Positions 1-9,877 of a stretch of DNA of 64,000 nucleotides are shown here, piece by piece (position 1 is the first letter of the stretch; every line of letters starts with the position of its first letter). The stretch lies in NCBI GenBank assembly GCA_965221215.1, contig OZ244872.1:907601-971600 (forward strand), in the 5' to 3' direction. Below the pieces are notes generated by a model that saw only the letters and a list, made by a program, of their open reading frames with translations, did no database searches and was not told the DNA's origin. The stretch is from Candidatus Aldehydirespirator sp. (GTDB taxonomy: Bacteria; Actinomycetota; Acidimicrobiia; Acidimicrobiales; Aldehydirespiratoraceae). The translations under genes were made by a program, and so were the position numbers.

Positions 1-899
1 AAGTTTGCGACATCGCGCTGGGTCTCCAGCGGTTCGTAGATCTGATTGAATCGGCAGTGAGTCCTTTCCTTCGCGTACCACAAGAGATACGAAGCGCTCT
101 CGGGCAATGTCCGCGCTGATGATCCACCTGTCGGGCGCCAGGTGATGGTGGCTACTCGGTTCTCGGGGCCGAATACCTCGTCTAGCACCAGTGCCAGGCG
201 GTGGACGTTTAGGTCGCCGATCTGCACGAACAGTGAGCCGCTGTCGGTGAGGAGCTCTCGGGCCAGCACCGCTCGCTCGTGGATGCCGTCGAGGTAGGAG
301 TGGATGCCGTTGCGGTAACTGTCCCGGAAGGCTCGCAGCGGCGCCGTGTCGCCCACCGGCACACCGTCGAGCTTCTCGGGCGTCTCCAGCTTGGTTGTGT
401 CGGTCTGGAAGTTCGACTTGAAGTTCTGGCCATAGGGCGGGTCGAAGTAGATCATCTGCACGCGTCCGCGCAGGCCGTCCTTGGCGATAAGCGACTGCAT
501 CACCGCGGAGGAGTCGCCGTGGATCAGCCGGTTCTGCCAATGCCCCGAATGCTGGTACCACTCGAGTTCGGCGCCGTCGGCGTCCAGCCCGTCGAAATCG
601 AGTTGCAGGCTCTCGGCTCCGCCGTTGCGGCGAAGTTGCTCCACCAGCAGCGAGGGGGCCACCTTCTCGCGGGTGTACAGCGGCGCGCCCGCGAAGTCGT
701 GTCCCGCGTCGGCTTGCGAGTCGCCGTTCAGCCTCGAGGTAGCGCCCTGGCGGTCCCAGGCCAGCACCGGATGAACGCAGAGATCTCGGTCAAGATCCAC
801 TTCGGACCGCTCGGCGGCCAACTCATAGGCACTCGCCACCGTTTCAGGCAGACGCCTCGGTGCCGTGAATCGTTCCGGTGCCCGGTCGTCGTCGCCCAT
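1..899 (-). CDS. mod: Site-specific DNA methyltransferase, type III Mod-like amino-methyltransferase; 3' end cut by window edge
   Basis: Absent from the ORF track because it runs off the left edge. My own minus-strand translation gives ...WQNRLIHGDSSAVMQSLIAKDGLRGRVQMIYFDPPYGQNFKSNFQTDTT...LRAFRDSYRNGIHSYLDGIHERAVLARELLTDSGSLFVQIGDLNVHRLALVLDEVFGPENRVATITW... The DPPY catalytic motif lies at plus 432-446, and the flanking blocks are typical of Mod-type MTases. ATG at 899 is the first plausible start; an in-frame GTG at 989 is an alternative. Confidence 0.8.
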   Translation of the reverse strand, partial: MGDDDRAPERFTAPRRLPETVASAYELAAERSEVDLDRDLCVHPVLAWDRQGATSRLNGDSQADAGHDFAGAPLYTREKVAPSLLVEQLRRNGGAESLQLDFDGLDADGAELEWYQHSGHWQNRLIHGDSSAVMQSLIAKDGLRGRVQMIYFDPPYGQNFKSNFQTDTTKLETPEKLDGVPVGDTAPLRAFRDSYRNGIHSYLDGIHERAVLARELLTDSGSLFVQIGDLNVHRLALVLDEVFGPENRVATITWRPTGGSSARTLPESASYLLWYAKERTHCRFNQIYEPLETQRDVAN

Positions 900-1152
900 C
901 AGCGGCGCCGTCTCAGCGGTGGGCTGGTTGGACCGCGACGCTGAAGCGTGCTCGTATGAGCGAGGCTCAGACGGTGCCGGTGAGTTCACTGCCGCCCTCC
1001 GGTGCGGTGCGCGAAGTGTGCCAGGCCTCGGGCTGAGGGCCTTCCGGCGGCGAGCGGGCGCGGCCATCTCCCGACACCGCGTGAGAAGCGTGTCGGTGGC
1101 GTTGGGGGTGTTGCTGGAGGGACGGATGAACCGCGCCCCCTCGACTGGCGCG

Positions 1153-4100
1153 TCATTGCCGGCTTTCCAGCAGGCCGGGATTGGGCGAGGTCTGGGCCAG
1201 ATCGGCGAGGCGGCCGGGCAGGTGGTCGGCTTCGGTGATCACCTCGTAGGCCCAGCACCGCATCTCATCGGGCAGCTGCGACGTGCCTGACACCGCCGGG
1301 ATCCAGTGGTCTCGGGTCCAGGCTTCCGTGGCGAGTGCCTTGTCGTCGACCACGCCCTTGCACTCGACCACCACGTTCAGCCCGTTCTTCAGCCGGGCCA
1401 CGAAGTCAGGCTCGTAGAGCCTCCATGCGCCGTCGAAGTGGTAGGGGAGTGACCAGCCGAGCCCGAAGTTGCGGGCCCAGGCCGCTACCGCGGGGTGGTT
1501 GTCGAGGATTCGTGCACAGTCAAGTTCGAGACGCGAGTGGCAGGCGGCATGCGAAAGCTCGCTGTTCGCAGCCTCGTGAACATGGCGCAGCGTGGTCTCG
1601 AAGCGCACTGCCGCGGTGTCGCCCAACGGCGGGGAGCCCAGGGTGGCAATCTTGCGGGGGGGGGGTCCGGGCGCGAAACGACAGGCGGCGATCAAGTCAT
1701 TGTAATGGTCGCGCTTGTTGCGGTGCCGCAGCAGCACCGAGGCCCGCTCGCAGTCGACGCCTGGATGGGCGAGCCAGTCGCCCACGGCCCGGTACGCCGA
1801 CGTGAACATGATGGCGCGGCCCACCGCCCCGAGGTCGGGAACGGACTCTTCGGCGCTGGGCTGAACGGTCGAGTCAGCACTGTCGGTTAGGAGGTTGGCG
1901 ATCTCGGCCGCGCATCGCATCCGGGCCGCCTTCTCACGCTGATCCTCGTCGGCCGACATCAGATGAATCTCCCCCGACACTCCGGCCACCTCCACGATCT
2001 CTGCTTCGGCGTCCGCGCTCAACCGGGCGGGCTGCACGCGTTCTGGGTCGAGCCGGAAGCCCGTTGAACCCGCCACCGTCAGATATTCGACGATTTGGGG
2101 CCAGCCGATTCTCAGCGCGGCCCGGTCCGCCACGGTGTGGACCACGGTCCGCGGCGGCGGATCGACACCACCACGCGACTCGCGTGCAGGCATGAACTCG
2201 AACGGGATGCCCAGCACTTCGGCGTACTCGGGCGACAGCAGGTCGGTCTTGCCCGGCTCCTCGCGGAACGACTGATATGACGTGCGCCGCAGCGCCCTTC
2301 CCGTCACCTGCTCGCAGAGCAGCTGCGAGGAGAAGGCACGGTAGCCCAGAATCTGGGTGACGGTTCGGGCGTCCCAGCCTTCGGTGAGCATCGACACCGA
2401 CACCACACAGCGCACCTTCTCGCCGAGACGCCCCTCCTTCCCGACCGTATTGAGGGCCTCGCGCACCGCGTCGGCGGGCATCTCGTCGCCCATCCGTCGC
2501 GCCTGGTCGCGTAGCAGCTTGGCGAAGCGTGCGCTCACGGCATCGTCGTCATCGAGGCGTGAATGCACCAGCAGCGTGCGAGGCTCGGCCCGCCAGGCGG
2601 CCGGTGAGCCCTCGCTGTCGGCCACCACGTTGGAGAACTCCTCGAAGCTGCCCTCGATCAGCCGACCGTCGGGGGTGTCGCAGCCGGCGATGTGCTCGTA
2701 CAGCGCCACTGCGTTGTCCACGGTGTTGGCCACCACGATCATCACCGGCGGCGTGGGCTGGCGCCCCTGTGTGCGCTCGAAGGTGCTGCGCCACTCTTGC
2801 GCCGATGCCTTCAACGCTCCGGCCAGGGGCTCGGGCAGCGCAGCGGCCGGGTGTGTGCTGCGCTTGGGGAGCTTCTTGTGGGCTACCGCGTCGTAGAGCC
2901 GCCGCCACGCCGTGCGCCCCTCGGAGGTGTCGTCGTCGACGGGCACTCGCGGCACCTTCACCAGCCCCGACTCGATGGCGTCCATCAGACCGAAGTCCGA
3001 CGTGACCCATTCGAACATGGGCGACTCGCCCCGGCCGGCCTTCGCAATCCACATGGGCGTCGCCGAGAAGTCATACACCGGCGACGCCTGAGCGCCGCTG
3101 GGATCGGATTCACCGAGGGCACCCAAGTCCCGCAGCGTCCGAACCGCGTTGAACCAAACCGCGGCGATCTTGTCGGACTCCTTCTCCTCAGCGGACTGGC
3201 CCTTGGATGCGTCAGGTGGCAGGTAGCAGTGGTGGGCCTCGTCGTTGATCACCACCAGGTCGCCGTGTGCGCCCCGGGCTTGAAGCAGTCCGCCGACGAT
3301 GCGACGCACCATCGCCGCTGGCGATTCGGTCTGATCGACGCGGCCCGTGCCGAGCAGCGACTTTTGAGCGCCGGTCGCCTCGCTGGGATCGCGCCGGCGG
3401 AACGCCTGGAAGTTGACGACCTCCACCCGGGCCGCGTTCAAGTCGGTCGCCAGGCTCGACGGAACCAAGCTGAGTTCCTTGTAGACGCTGTCAGGATGAG
3501 AGGGCGCAAGCACTGCCAGCCGGTCGCGGACGGTGAGACCCGGCGCCAGCACCAGAAAGCGCGACGAGTGCTGAAGATTGCGCTGCCGCCGGGTGCGCAC
3601 CGCGTTGAGTGTCTGCCACGCGATCAGCATGCCCATCACCGCGGTCTTGCCGGTGCCGGTGGCCATCTTGGCGCAGTAGCGGACGATGCCGTCGTTCAGG
3701 GTTCGGGAGTGTTCCTCGATGCGACGGCGTTCGGGTGTGTCGCGGCGGGCTACCTCGCGCAGCCAGATGAGCGTCTCGATCGCTTCGCGCTGAGCGAAGA
3801 ACGGCCGGAGTTGGCGGTGTGCGTCGTCGTCGGCCCAGTGTCGCAGCAGCGTGCGCGTCACCGAGGTGGTGTTGGGGTATCCGTCTTGGCGCCACTGCCT
3901 CACCCGGCGGCGGATGGCCATGACGTCCTCGTTGCCGACGATGGTCTGCATGTCCATCGAGAGCTGAGCATTCTTGTGGTCATCGGGGACGGGCCGCAGC
4001 AGCGCCGACGGGCGCCTGCCGTTCTTCGGCTCGACCCCGGCCATGGCCCGGCCCGCGCTGTCGAGCTCCCAGTGAAGGTCGGGCTCGGCATAGGGCGAGC

Positions 4101-4173
4101 AAAGGATCGGGTCGACGGCTGGATCGAAGCTCTGTCCCGTCACGACGGTAGAAGGGTAGTTGGCATCGGCCAC
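1153..4173 (-). CDS. res: Type III-like restriction enzyme Res subunit (SF2 helicase plus C-terminal PD-(D/E)xK-like nuclease)
   Basis: C-terminal ~1006 aa of track ORF 1153..5745. Walker A is KMATGTGKTAVMG, the DEAH box is VINDEAHHCY, and helicase motif VI is LTEGWDARTVTQILGYRAFSSQLLCEQVTGRALRR. The C-terminal EPDFVARLKNGLNVVVECKG gives a D...ExK pattern. Start set at GTG 4173 (VADANYPSTVV...), 21 nt after the stop of the upstream hydrolase. The 5' part of the track ORF is an out-of-frame run-through of that gene. Confidence 0.85.
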   Translation of the reverse strand: MADANYPSTVVTGQSFDPAVDPILCSPYAEPDLHWELDSAGRAMAGVEPKNGRRPSALLRPVPDDHKNAQLSMDMQTIVGNEDVMAIRRRVRQWRQDGYPNTTSVTRTLLRHWADDDAHRQLRPFFAQREAIETLIWLREVARRDTPERRRIEEHSRTLNDGIVRYCAKMATGTGKTAVMGMLIAWQTLNAVRTRRQRNLQHSSRFLVLAPGLTVRDRLAVLAPSHPDSVYKELSLVPSSLATDLNAARVEVVNFQAFRRRDPSEATGAQKSLLGTGRVDQTESPAAMVRRIVGGLLQARGAHGDLVVINDEAHHCYLPPDASKGQSAEEKESDKIAAVWFNAVRTLRDLGALGESDPSGAQASPVYDFSATPMWIAKAGRGESPMFEWVTSDFGLMDAIESGLVKVPRVPVDDDTSEGRTAWRRLYDAVAHKKLPKRSTHPAAALPEPLAGALKASAQEWRSTFERTQGRQPTPPVMIVVANTVDNAVALYEHIAGCDTPDGRLIEGSFEEFSNVVADSEGSPAAWRAEPRTLLVHSRLDDDDAVSARFAKLLRDQARRMGDEMPADAVREALNTVGKEGRLGEKVRCVVSVSMLTEGWDARTVTQILGYRAFSSQLLCEQVTGRALRRTSYQSFREEPGKTDLLSPEYAEVLGIPFEFMPARESRGGVDPPPRTVVHTVADRAALRIGWPQIVEYLTVAGSTGFRLDPERVQPARLSADAEAEIVEVAGVSGEIHLMSADEDQREKAARMRCAAEIANLLTDSADSTVQPSAEESVPDLGAVGRAIMFTSAYRAVGDWLAHPGVDCERASVLLRHRNKRDHYNDLIAACRFAPGPPPRKIATLGSPPLGDTAAVRFETTLRHVHEAANSELSHAACHSRLELDCARILDNHPAVAAWARNFGLGWSLPYHFDGAWRLYEPDFVARLKNGLNVVVECKGVVDDKALATEAWTRDHWIPAVSGTSQLPDEMRCWAYEVITEADHLPGRLADLAQTSPNPGLLESRQ

Positions 4174-4193
4174 TGTCGAATGACTGTCTGCGG

Positions 4194-5942
4194 TTAGTTG
4201 GTGATGGGTGGGGGTTGGCGGATGGGGAGGGTGATCTTGGTTGGGTGGTGGGTGTTGTGCAGGATCGTCTGGGTGGCGGGCGCGGCTGCTAGGGCGCTCT
4301 CGGTTAGGGGGGTTCCGCCGGTGTTGAGGTTGCGGTCCCATTGCGGGAAGTCCGAGCTGGAGATGTCGAGTCGCAGCCGGCTTCCGGCTGCGATGTGGGC
4401 GCCCACCGGCCCCAGGTCGATGCGCAGCTCGTACACCTCGCCCGGCGTCAGCGGCTCGGGATCGCTCAGCGAGTGGCGGTAGCGGGCCCTCAGGATGCCC
4501 TCCTGGAGGTTGACGCTGCGGCCGTCGGGATCGACCACGCACAGCCGGGCGGTGAAGTCGGTGTCGGTGGCGGTGCTGGCCGCGTGCAGCGTCACCGACA
4601 CGTCTCCGAGCAGCTCGATATCGGCGCTCAGCGGCTCCGACGTGTACACGAGGATCATGCGCGACACCTCGGCCTGATGCTGGTCGGCGGGACCCATCGG
4701 CGTGATCGTGTCGAAGCAGCACGAATGGCCGCCCAGGCTGGGGATGGGCACGCCCGGGTCGTAGACGAAGACGTCGGGCGGCTCGTCGCCGGCCGGCACC
4801 CGGTCGAGGGTGCCGTCGCCGAACTTGGAGTTGGCCCGCCCCCGCGAATGGACGTGCCAGTCCTCGGCGGCGGTGTCCGACGGCGGCCAGTCGTCGAGGT
4901 CGCGCCAGCCGCCGTCGAGGGTGAACACCGTCACCGGATGGTCGAGCACGCCGGTGTCGACGCCCCGCAGCGTGTGGTCGAACCAGCGAAGCTGCCAGTC
5001 GTCGATCTCGTTGGTGCTCGGCCCGTCGCCGCTGCAGCGGCTCACCGGCGTCCACGGCATGTGCGTCCACGGACCCACCAGCAGCTTCTGGGCCCCGCGG
5101 GCCGCCTCCGTGCCCGCCGAGGCTCGCAGCCCGGTGAAGTTCTTCACCGTCCCGGTCAAGAACACGTCCCACCAGCCCCCGAAGTGCAGCGCCGGCACCT
5201 CGATGCGGCTGTAGTCGGCGTCGATGCTCCACTGCTTCCAGTAGTCGTCGTAGGTGCAGTGCTCCACCCAGTCGTAGAAGTAGGGGGCATAGCCGCCCTG
5301 CAGCGGCGGGAACTCCGACATGGGCAGCGACCAGAACCAGCCCGCGGCTCCGCCCAGCGCCGCCCCGAGAGCATCGACCGCGGCCCGGTCCTCGGCCCGC
5401 ACCGCCGAGCCCTGGGCCAGCAGGGTGGCCCAATAGCACACGAAGGCGGTGGCCAGCGCTCCGCCGTTGTAGGTCCAGCCGTCGTAGTACTGCGAGGAGG
5501 TGAAGCCCGGCGCGATGGAGCGCAGCGACGGCGGCCTCGTCACCGCGGCCAGCAGCTGGGTGGCCCCCACATATGAGAACCCGAACATGCCCACATCGCC
5601 GTTGGAGCCGGGCAGGGCTGCGGCCCACTCGACCGTGTCGTAGCCGTCGTCCATCTCGTGGGCGAACGGGTAGAAGTCCCCCTCGGAGGTGTAGCGGCCC
5701 CTGGTGTCCTGGATCACCACCATGTAGCCGTGCGACGCATACCACCCCGGGTGGGCGTTGCCGAAGGTGGAGACGTTGACCCGCTTGTCGTAGGGGCTGC
5801 GAGACAGCAGCACGGGCACGCCGTCGGGCGACGGGTCCTCGGGGCGATACACGTCGGCTCTCAGCACGGTGCCGTCGCGCATGGTGGCCGCGACGTCGCG
5901 CTCGACGGTCACCGCCATTCCGGGAAGTTTCTCGATGGTCAT
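4194..5942 (-). CDS. CocE/NonD family hydrolase (S15 X-Pro dipeptidyl-peptidase-like alpha/beta hydrolase)
   Basis: 582-aa ORF. The N-terminus DGTVLRADVYRP...VPVLLSRSPYDKR...GYMVVIQDTRGRYTSEG and the nucleophile elbow MFGFSYVGATQ match the CocE/NonD pattern. Confidence 0.85.
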   Translation of the reverse strand: MTIEKLPGMAVTVERDVAATMRDGTVLRADVYRPEDPSPDGVPVLLSRSPYDKRVNVSTFGNAHPGWYASHGYMVVIQDTRGRYTSEGDFYPFAHEMDDGYDTVEWAAALPGSNGDVGMFGFSYVGATQLLAAVTRPPSLRSIAPGFTSSQYYDGWTYNGGALATAFVCYWATLLAQGSAVRAEDRAAVDALGAALGGAAGWFWSLPMSEFPPLQGGYAPYFYDWVEHCTYDDYWKQWSIDADYSRIEVPALHFGGWWDVFLTGTVKNFTGLRASAGTEAARGAQKLLVGPWTHMPWTPVSRCSGDGPSTNEIDDWQLRWFDHTLRGVDTGVLDHPVTVFTLDGGWRDLDDWPPSDTAAEDWHVHSRGRANSKFGDGTLDRVPAGDEPPDVFVYDPGVPIPSLGGHSCCFDTITPMGPADQHQAEVSRMILVYTSEPLSADIELLGDVSVTLHAASTATDTDFTARLCVVDPDGRSVNLQEGILRARYRHSLSDPEPLTPGEVYELRIDLGPVGAHIAAGSRLRLDISSSDFPQWDRNLNTGGTPLTESALAAAPATQTILHNTHHPTKITLPIRQPPPITN

Positions 5943-6087
5943 GTCAGGTCAGGACTCCGGGTTGTGGGCTGGAGGGTGGGGTTCGCCTGTTGGTCGAAGG
6001 GTTCTCGATTGTCGTGTCGCGGCTGCGGTGTGCCAGTATCGGCGGGTTGCGCCGTGAGCGAACGCGGCCGACTAGAGGGATGTGATT

Positions 6088-6645
6088 ATGGGCGAATTCA
6101 AGCAGGAGCGGTACTACGAGGAGGACTCCGGCGCGGGCGGCATCCCCGCGGCCCAGGTTGCCGACTTCCTGGCCAGTGCCGACAGCACCTGGCTGCTGAA
6201 GCTGGCCCACCTCAAGGCCGACGGCTGGCCCATGGTGGTGCCGCTTTGGTACCAGTGGGACGGCGAGGCCTTCCTGGTGGTGGGCCGCAAGCGCTCCGAA
6301 TGGGTGGCCGACCTGGAGCGCGATCCCCGCTGCGCGGTGTGCATCGAGGAGCTGGCCCACCCCCGCATCCGCAAGGTGCTGGCCCAGTGCACGGCCGAGA
6401 TCGTGGAGGGGCCCGCGGTGGGGGAGGGCTCGCAGTGGGTGCCGGTGGCCGAGGAGATGGCCGTCCGCTACACCGGGCCGGACGGACCCGAGCAGCTCAA
6501 GATGTCGTGGGAATGGGAGCGATACCTGGTGCGGCTCGTGCCCCGCGATGGTCGCCTCGTTACCTGGCAGGGCGCCGACTGGGCGCTGCGCTACTTCGAT
6601 CCCGGCCAGCGCCCCGACCTCGAAGTGAAGGCCGCGGCCCAGTGA
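6088..6645 (+). CDS. Pyridoxamine 5'-phosphate oxidase-like (PPOX/F420-class split-barrel) family protein
   Basis: ORF 6082..6645. The segment LAHLKADGWPMVVPLWYQWDGEAFLVVGRKRSEWVADLERDPRCAV resembles the PPOX-class flavin/deazaflavin-binding fold. ATG 6088 is preferred over GTG 6082 because of its spacing from GAGGGA at 6075-6080. Confidence 0.65.
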   Translation: MGEFKQERYYEEDSGAGGIPAAQVADFLASADSTWLLKLAHLKADGWPMVVPLWYQWDGEAFLVVGRKRSEWVADLERDPRCAVCIEELAHPRIRKVLAQCTAEIVEGPAVGEGSQWVPVAEEMAVRYTGPDGPEQLKMSWEWERYLVRLVPRDGRLVTWQGADWALRYFDPGQRPDLEVKAAAQ

Positions 6646-7814
6646 GGACGCCCGCGGCGAGGGCCGCAGCGTTGCGCCGGTCCGAGATCCGGGTCCTGTT
6701 CGACACCGCGGCCCGCATCGGCGGCGACGTGATCCGCCTCGAGGTGGGCGAGCCCAGCTTCACCACCCCCGCCCACGTCATCGACGCCGCGGCCCGGGCC
6801 GCCCACGATGGCCACACCGCCTACGGGCCCAACGGCGGCCTGGCCAGCCTGCGCGGGCTGCTGGCCGACAAGCTGCGCCGGGTCAACGGCATCGAGGCCT
6901 CCATCGACGAGATTGTGGTCACCCCCGGCGGCATGAACGCGCTGTACTCGGTGTACCTGGCGCTGCTGGAGCCCGGAGACGAGGTGCTGCTGCCCACGCC
7001 GGGATTCCCCAACATGGACGAGACGGTCGCCTTGCTGGGGGGCAGGCCGGTGTTCTACCGGCTGGCCGCCGACGAGGGGTTCCTGCCCGACATCGACGCC
7101 TTGGAGGCGCTGGTCACCGAGCGCACCAAGATCCTGTTCGTCAATACGCCCGCCAACCCGACCGGCGCGGTCTACCCGGCGCCGCTCATGCGCGAGCTGG
7201 TGGATTTCGCCGCCCGCCACGACCTGTGGCTGCTGTGCGACGAGGTGTATGACGAGATGATCCTGTCCGATGGCTGCACCCACACCGCCGCCGCGCCCCT
7301 CGACTCCGACGGTCGGGTGATAACGGTGTGCAGCTTCTCGAAGGTCTACGCCATGACCGGCTGGCGAGTCGGCTATGCGGCTGCGCCGGCCTCGCTGGCC
7401 GATCTGCTGCGCAAGCTGCAGGAGCCGCTGGTGTCATGCCCGAGCACCATCTCTCAGAAGGCGGCCGAGGCTGCGCTCACCGGGCCCCGCGCCCCCTACG
7501 AGCAGATGCTGGCCGCCTACCGCAGTCGCCGCGAGACGGCCCTCGACGTGGCGGCCTCGGCGGGGGTGCGGGCGGTGGCGTCCGACGGCACCCTCTACAT
7601 GCTGCTGGACGTGTCCGCCGCGGGCCTCGACGACTTCGACTTCGCCATGAGGCTGCTCGACTCGCATTCGGTGAGCGTGGCGCCGGGCTCGGTGTTCGGG
7701 CCCGCGGGCCGGGGCTGGGCCCGGATCTCGCTGGCGGCCGAAGAAGAGGCGATTGCCGAGGGCCTGCGCCGGCTGGCCAAGGCCCTCCACGAACACGGAG
7801 CTGAGAGATCATGA
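6642..7814 (+). CDS. Class I/II PLP-dependent aminotransferase
   Basis: 3' part of track ORF 5658..7814. GTG 6642 overlaps the upstream stop (GTGA). Motifs: NTPANPTGAVY and the PLP-lysine block [16 protein letters not shown]. Confidence 0.85.
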   Translation: MRTPAARAAALRRSEIRVLFDTAARIGGDVIRLEVGEPSFTTPAHVIDAAARAAHDGHTAYGPNGGLASLRGLLADKLRRVNGIEASIDEIVVTPGGMNALYSVYLALLEPGDEVLLPTPGFPNMDETVALLGGRPVFYRLAADEGFLPDIDALEALVTERTKILFVNTPANPTGAVYPAPLMRELVDFAARHDLWLLCDEVYDEMILSDGCTHTAAAPLDSDGRVITVCSFSKVYAMTGWRVGYAAAPASLADLLRKLQEPLVSCPSTISQKAAEAALTGPRAPYEQMLAAYRSRRETALDVAASAGVRAVASDGTLYMLLDVSAAGLDDFDFAMRLLDSHSVSVAPGSVFGPAGRGWARISLAAEEEAIAEGLRRLAKALHEHGAERS

Positions 7815-9085
7815 GTTCTACGCAGAAATCAGCCATGGCCGAGCGGGTGCGGGCCTACCTCGACGGGCGTGACGGCGAGGTGCTCGAGCTGGCCCGAGAG
7901 CTGATCCGCACCCCGTCTCCCAACCCTCCCGGCGACGAGCGGGCCGTGGCCGACCTGGTGATCGACAGGCTCCGGCAGTTCGGCATCGACGACATCGACC
8001 GGGTTGGCGCCGAAGAGGAGCGCCCCAACGTGCTGGCCCGTGTCAAGGGAGCGGCGCCGGGGCCGACTCTGATCCTGTCGGGCCACCTCGACACCAAGCC
8101 GGCCGGCGACATGGACGCCTGGGAGACCGACCCGTGGGATCCGGTGCTGAGCGACGGCCACCTGATCGGGCTGGGCTCCGGCGACATGAAGGCCGCCGTG
8201 GCTGGAATGATGTACGCCGCTGCCGCCCTGCACCACGCCCAGGAGGCCTGCGGAGCCGGCGGGGGATTCGCGGGCGAGCTGGTGCTGGTGTTCACCGCGG
8301 ACGAGGAGGCCGGCGCCCGGTTCGGATCCAAGTGGCTGGCCGACAACGGCCACCTGAGCGCCGACGCCGCGGTGATCGGCGAGCCCAGCGGCATCACCTC
8401 CGAATGGGAGTCGGTTCACCTGGTGTCGAGGGGCGCGGCACTGTTCAAGGTGGCCATCACCGGAACGCAGATGCACTCGTCCATCTCGGACCGGCTTCCG
8501 TGCGTCAACGCCACCGTGAAGATGGCCCGCCTGATCGACCGCATGGACCGCGAGCTCAAGTCCTACCTCACCTACGACGAACATCCCCTCTGCCCCGTTG
8601 GTCCGACCGTCAACGTGGGGGTAATGGCTGAGGCCGGGGTGTTCTATGGCGTCTATCCGGGCAACGGCGAGTTCGCCTGCGACGTGCGGACCCTGCCGGG
8701 AATGACCGAGGAGTCGCTGCAGGCCGATGTGGGACGCTTCCTTGAAGACGCCATGGCCGACGATCCCGATCTGCGGGCCGAGCTGAACTGGTTCCTGACC
8801 GTCCCCCCGGTGGAGATCGACGCCGACCACCCGGTGGTGGACGCCCTCGTCGAGGCGGGCCGAGAGGTGCTGGGATTCTCTCCCGAGCTCGATGCTTTCC
8901 CCGGCGCCACCGACGCGCCCTACTTCCAGCTCACCGCGGGCATCCCCACCGTGGCCGCCTTCGGGCCGGGCATGTTGCCGCGGGCCCACAGCCCCAACGA
9001 GTACATGGACGCCGACGGAGCGGCCCTGTCGGCCGGCATCTACGCCCTGGCCGCGCTGCGCTATCTCGGCGAGGCCCCGGGTTAG
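7811..9085 (+). CDS. M20 family metallopeptidase (ArgE/DapE/CPG2-like)
   Basis: 424-aa ORF with an ATGA overlap onto the upstream gene. Metal-binding motifs: LILSGHLDTKP, GLGSGDMKAAVA and FTADEEAG. Confidence 0.85.
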   Translation: MSSTQKSAMAERVRAYLDGRDGEVLELARELIRTPSPNPPGDERAVADLVIDRLRQFGIDDIDRVGAEEERPNVLARVKGAAPGPTLILSGHLDTKPAGDMDAWETDPWDPVLSDGHLIGLGSGDMKAAVAGMMYAAAALHHAQEACGAGGGFAGELVLVFTADEEAGARFGSKWLADNGHLSADAAVIGEPSGITSEWESVHLVSRGAALFKVAITGTQMHSSISDRLPCVNATVKMARLIDRMDRELKSYLTYDEHPLCPVGPTVNVGVMAEAGVFYGVYPGNGEFACDVRTLPGMTEESLQADVGRFLEDAMADDPDLRAELNWFLTVPPVEIDADHPVVDALVEAGREVLGFSPELDAFPGATDAPYFQLTAGIPTVAAFGPGMLPRAHSPNEYMDADGAALSAGIYALAALRYLGEAPG

Positions 9086-9094
9086 GGGAGGGCT

Positions 9095-9766
9095 GTGGCC
9101 GTCCCGATTGCTGAGCTCTGCGAGCGCTATCGGCGCCTCAGCGTTTCGGTGGTGTGCGACGCCCTCTACGAGCTGGGCCTGCCCGAGCGGGTACTGCCCA
9201 GCGATCTGCGCCCCCTTCTGCCCGACAACCCGATGGCGGGAATCGCCTACACGCTGCGGGGTCGGGCCATCAGCCCCCCGGTGGGTTGGGACCCGGGCAT
9301 CGAGCGCATCGAGTCGTACCTGCGGATGTTCGACGAGCTGACGGCGCACTCGGTGCTGGTGTCGTCCAACCCCGGCAGCGAGGTGGGCCACTTCGGCGAG
9401 CTGACCGGCAACGCGGCCCAGCAGCGGGGCTGTGCCGGAGTGGTGCTCGACGGCAACCTGCGAGACCTCGACGGCCTGCTCGACATCGGACTTCAGGTGT
9501 TTTACCGCGACCTGTCCCCGCTCAACGCCATCGGCCGCTGGGAGATGGCCGAGTCGCAGGTGCAGGTCACCATCGGGAACGTCACGGTGGTGCCGGGCGA
9601 CCTGATCTTGGCCGGCCGCGACGGCGTGCTGGCCGTCGCTGGCGACGAGAAGGAGCGAGTGTTGGAGCGGGCCGAGTCGATCGACGGCGCCGAGGCGCGG
9701 GTGCGGGCCGACATGCGCGACGGCGCCTCGCCCTGGCAGGGCCTGGAGCGACATGGCCATATCTAG
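9095..9766 (+). CDS. RraA family protein (RraA / HMG-CHA aldolase fold)
   Basis: 223-aa ORF with a GTG start. The segment FGELTGNAAQQRGCAGVVLDGNLRDLDGL...VVPGDLILAGRDGVLAV is typical of the RraA/demethylmenaquinone-methyltransferase-like family. Confidence 0.75.
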   Translation: MAVPIAELCERYRRLSVSVVCDALYELGLPERVLPSDLRPLLPDNPMAGIAYTLRGRAISPPVGWDPGIERIESYLRMFDELTAHSVLVSSNPGSEVGHFGELTGNAAQQRGCAGVVLDGNLRDLDGLLDIGLQVFYRDLSPLNAIGRWEMAESQVQVTIGNVTVVPGDLILAGRDGVLAVAGDEKERVLERAESIDGAEARVRADMRDGASPWQGLERHGHI

Positions 9767-9877
9767 AGGCCGAGCGCATTGGCGAGCGAATCCGGCTCAC
9801 ACGGGCGAGGCCGTTGGCTGTGTTGGCGGGGTGTGGGTAGCCCGTGAACGCGGCGAACAAGAGCGGGAGATGCACCG

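Noticed and set aside
4174-5745. N-terminal ~520 codons of track ORF 1153..5745 (which would make Res 1530 aa)
   Set aside because: This part overlaps the CocE/NonD hydrolase gene in another frame and is low-complexity Arg/Gly/Pro sequence. Helicase homology begins only after GTG 4173.
5658-6641. Upstream 328 codons of track ORF 5658..7814
   Set aside because: This is a run-on across the divergent intergenic region and the PPOX-like gene in another frame. Aminotransferase homology begins at GTG 6642, which is coupled (GTGA) to the upstream stop.
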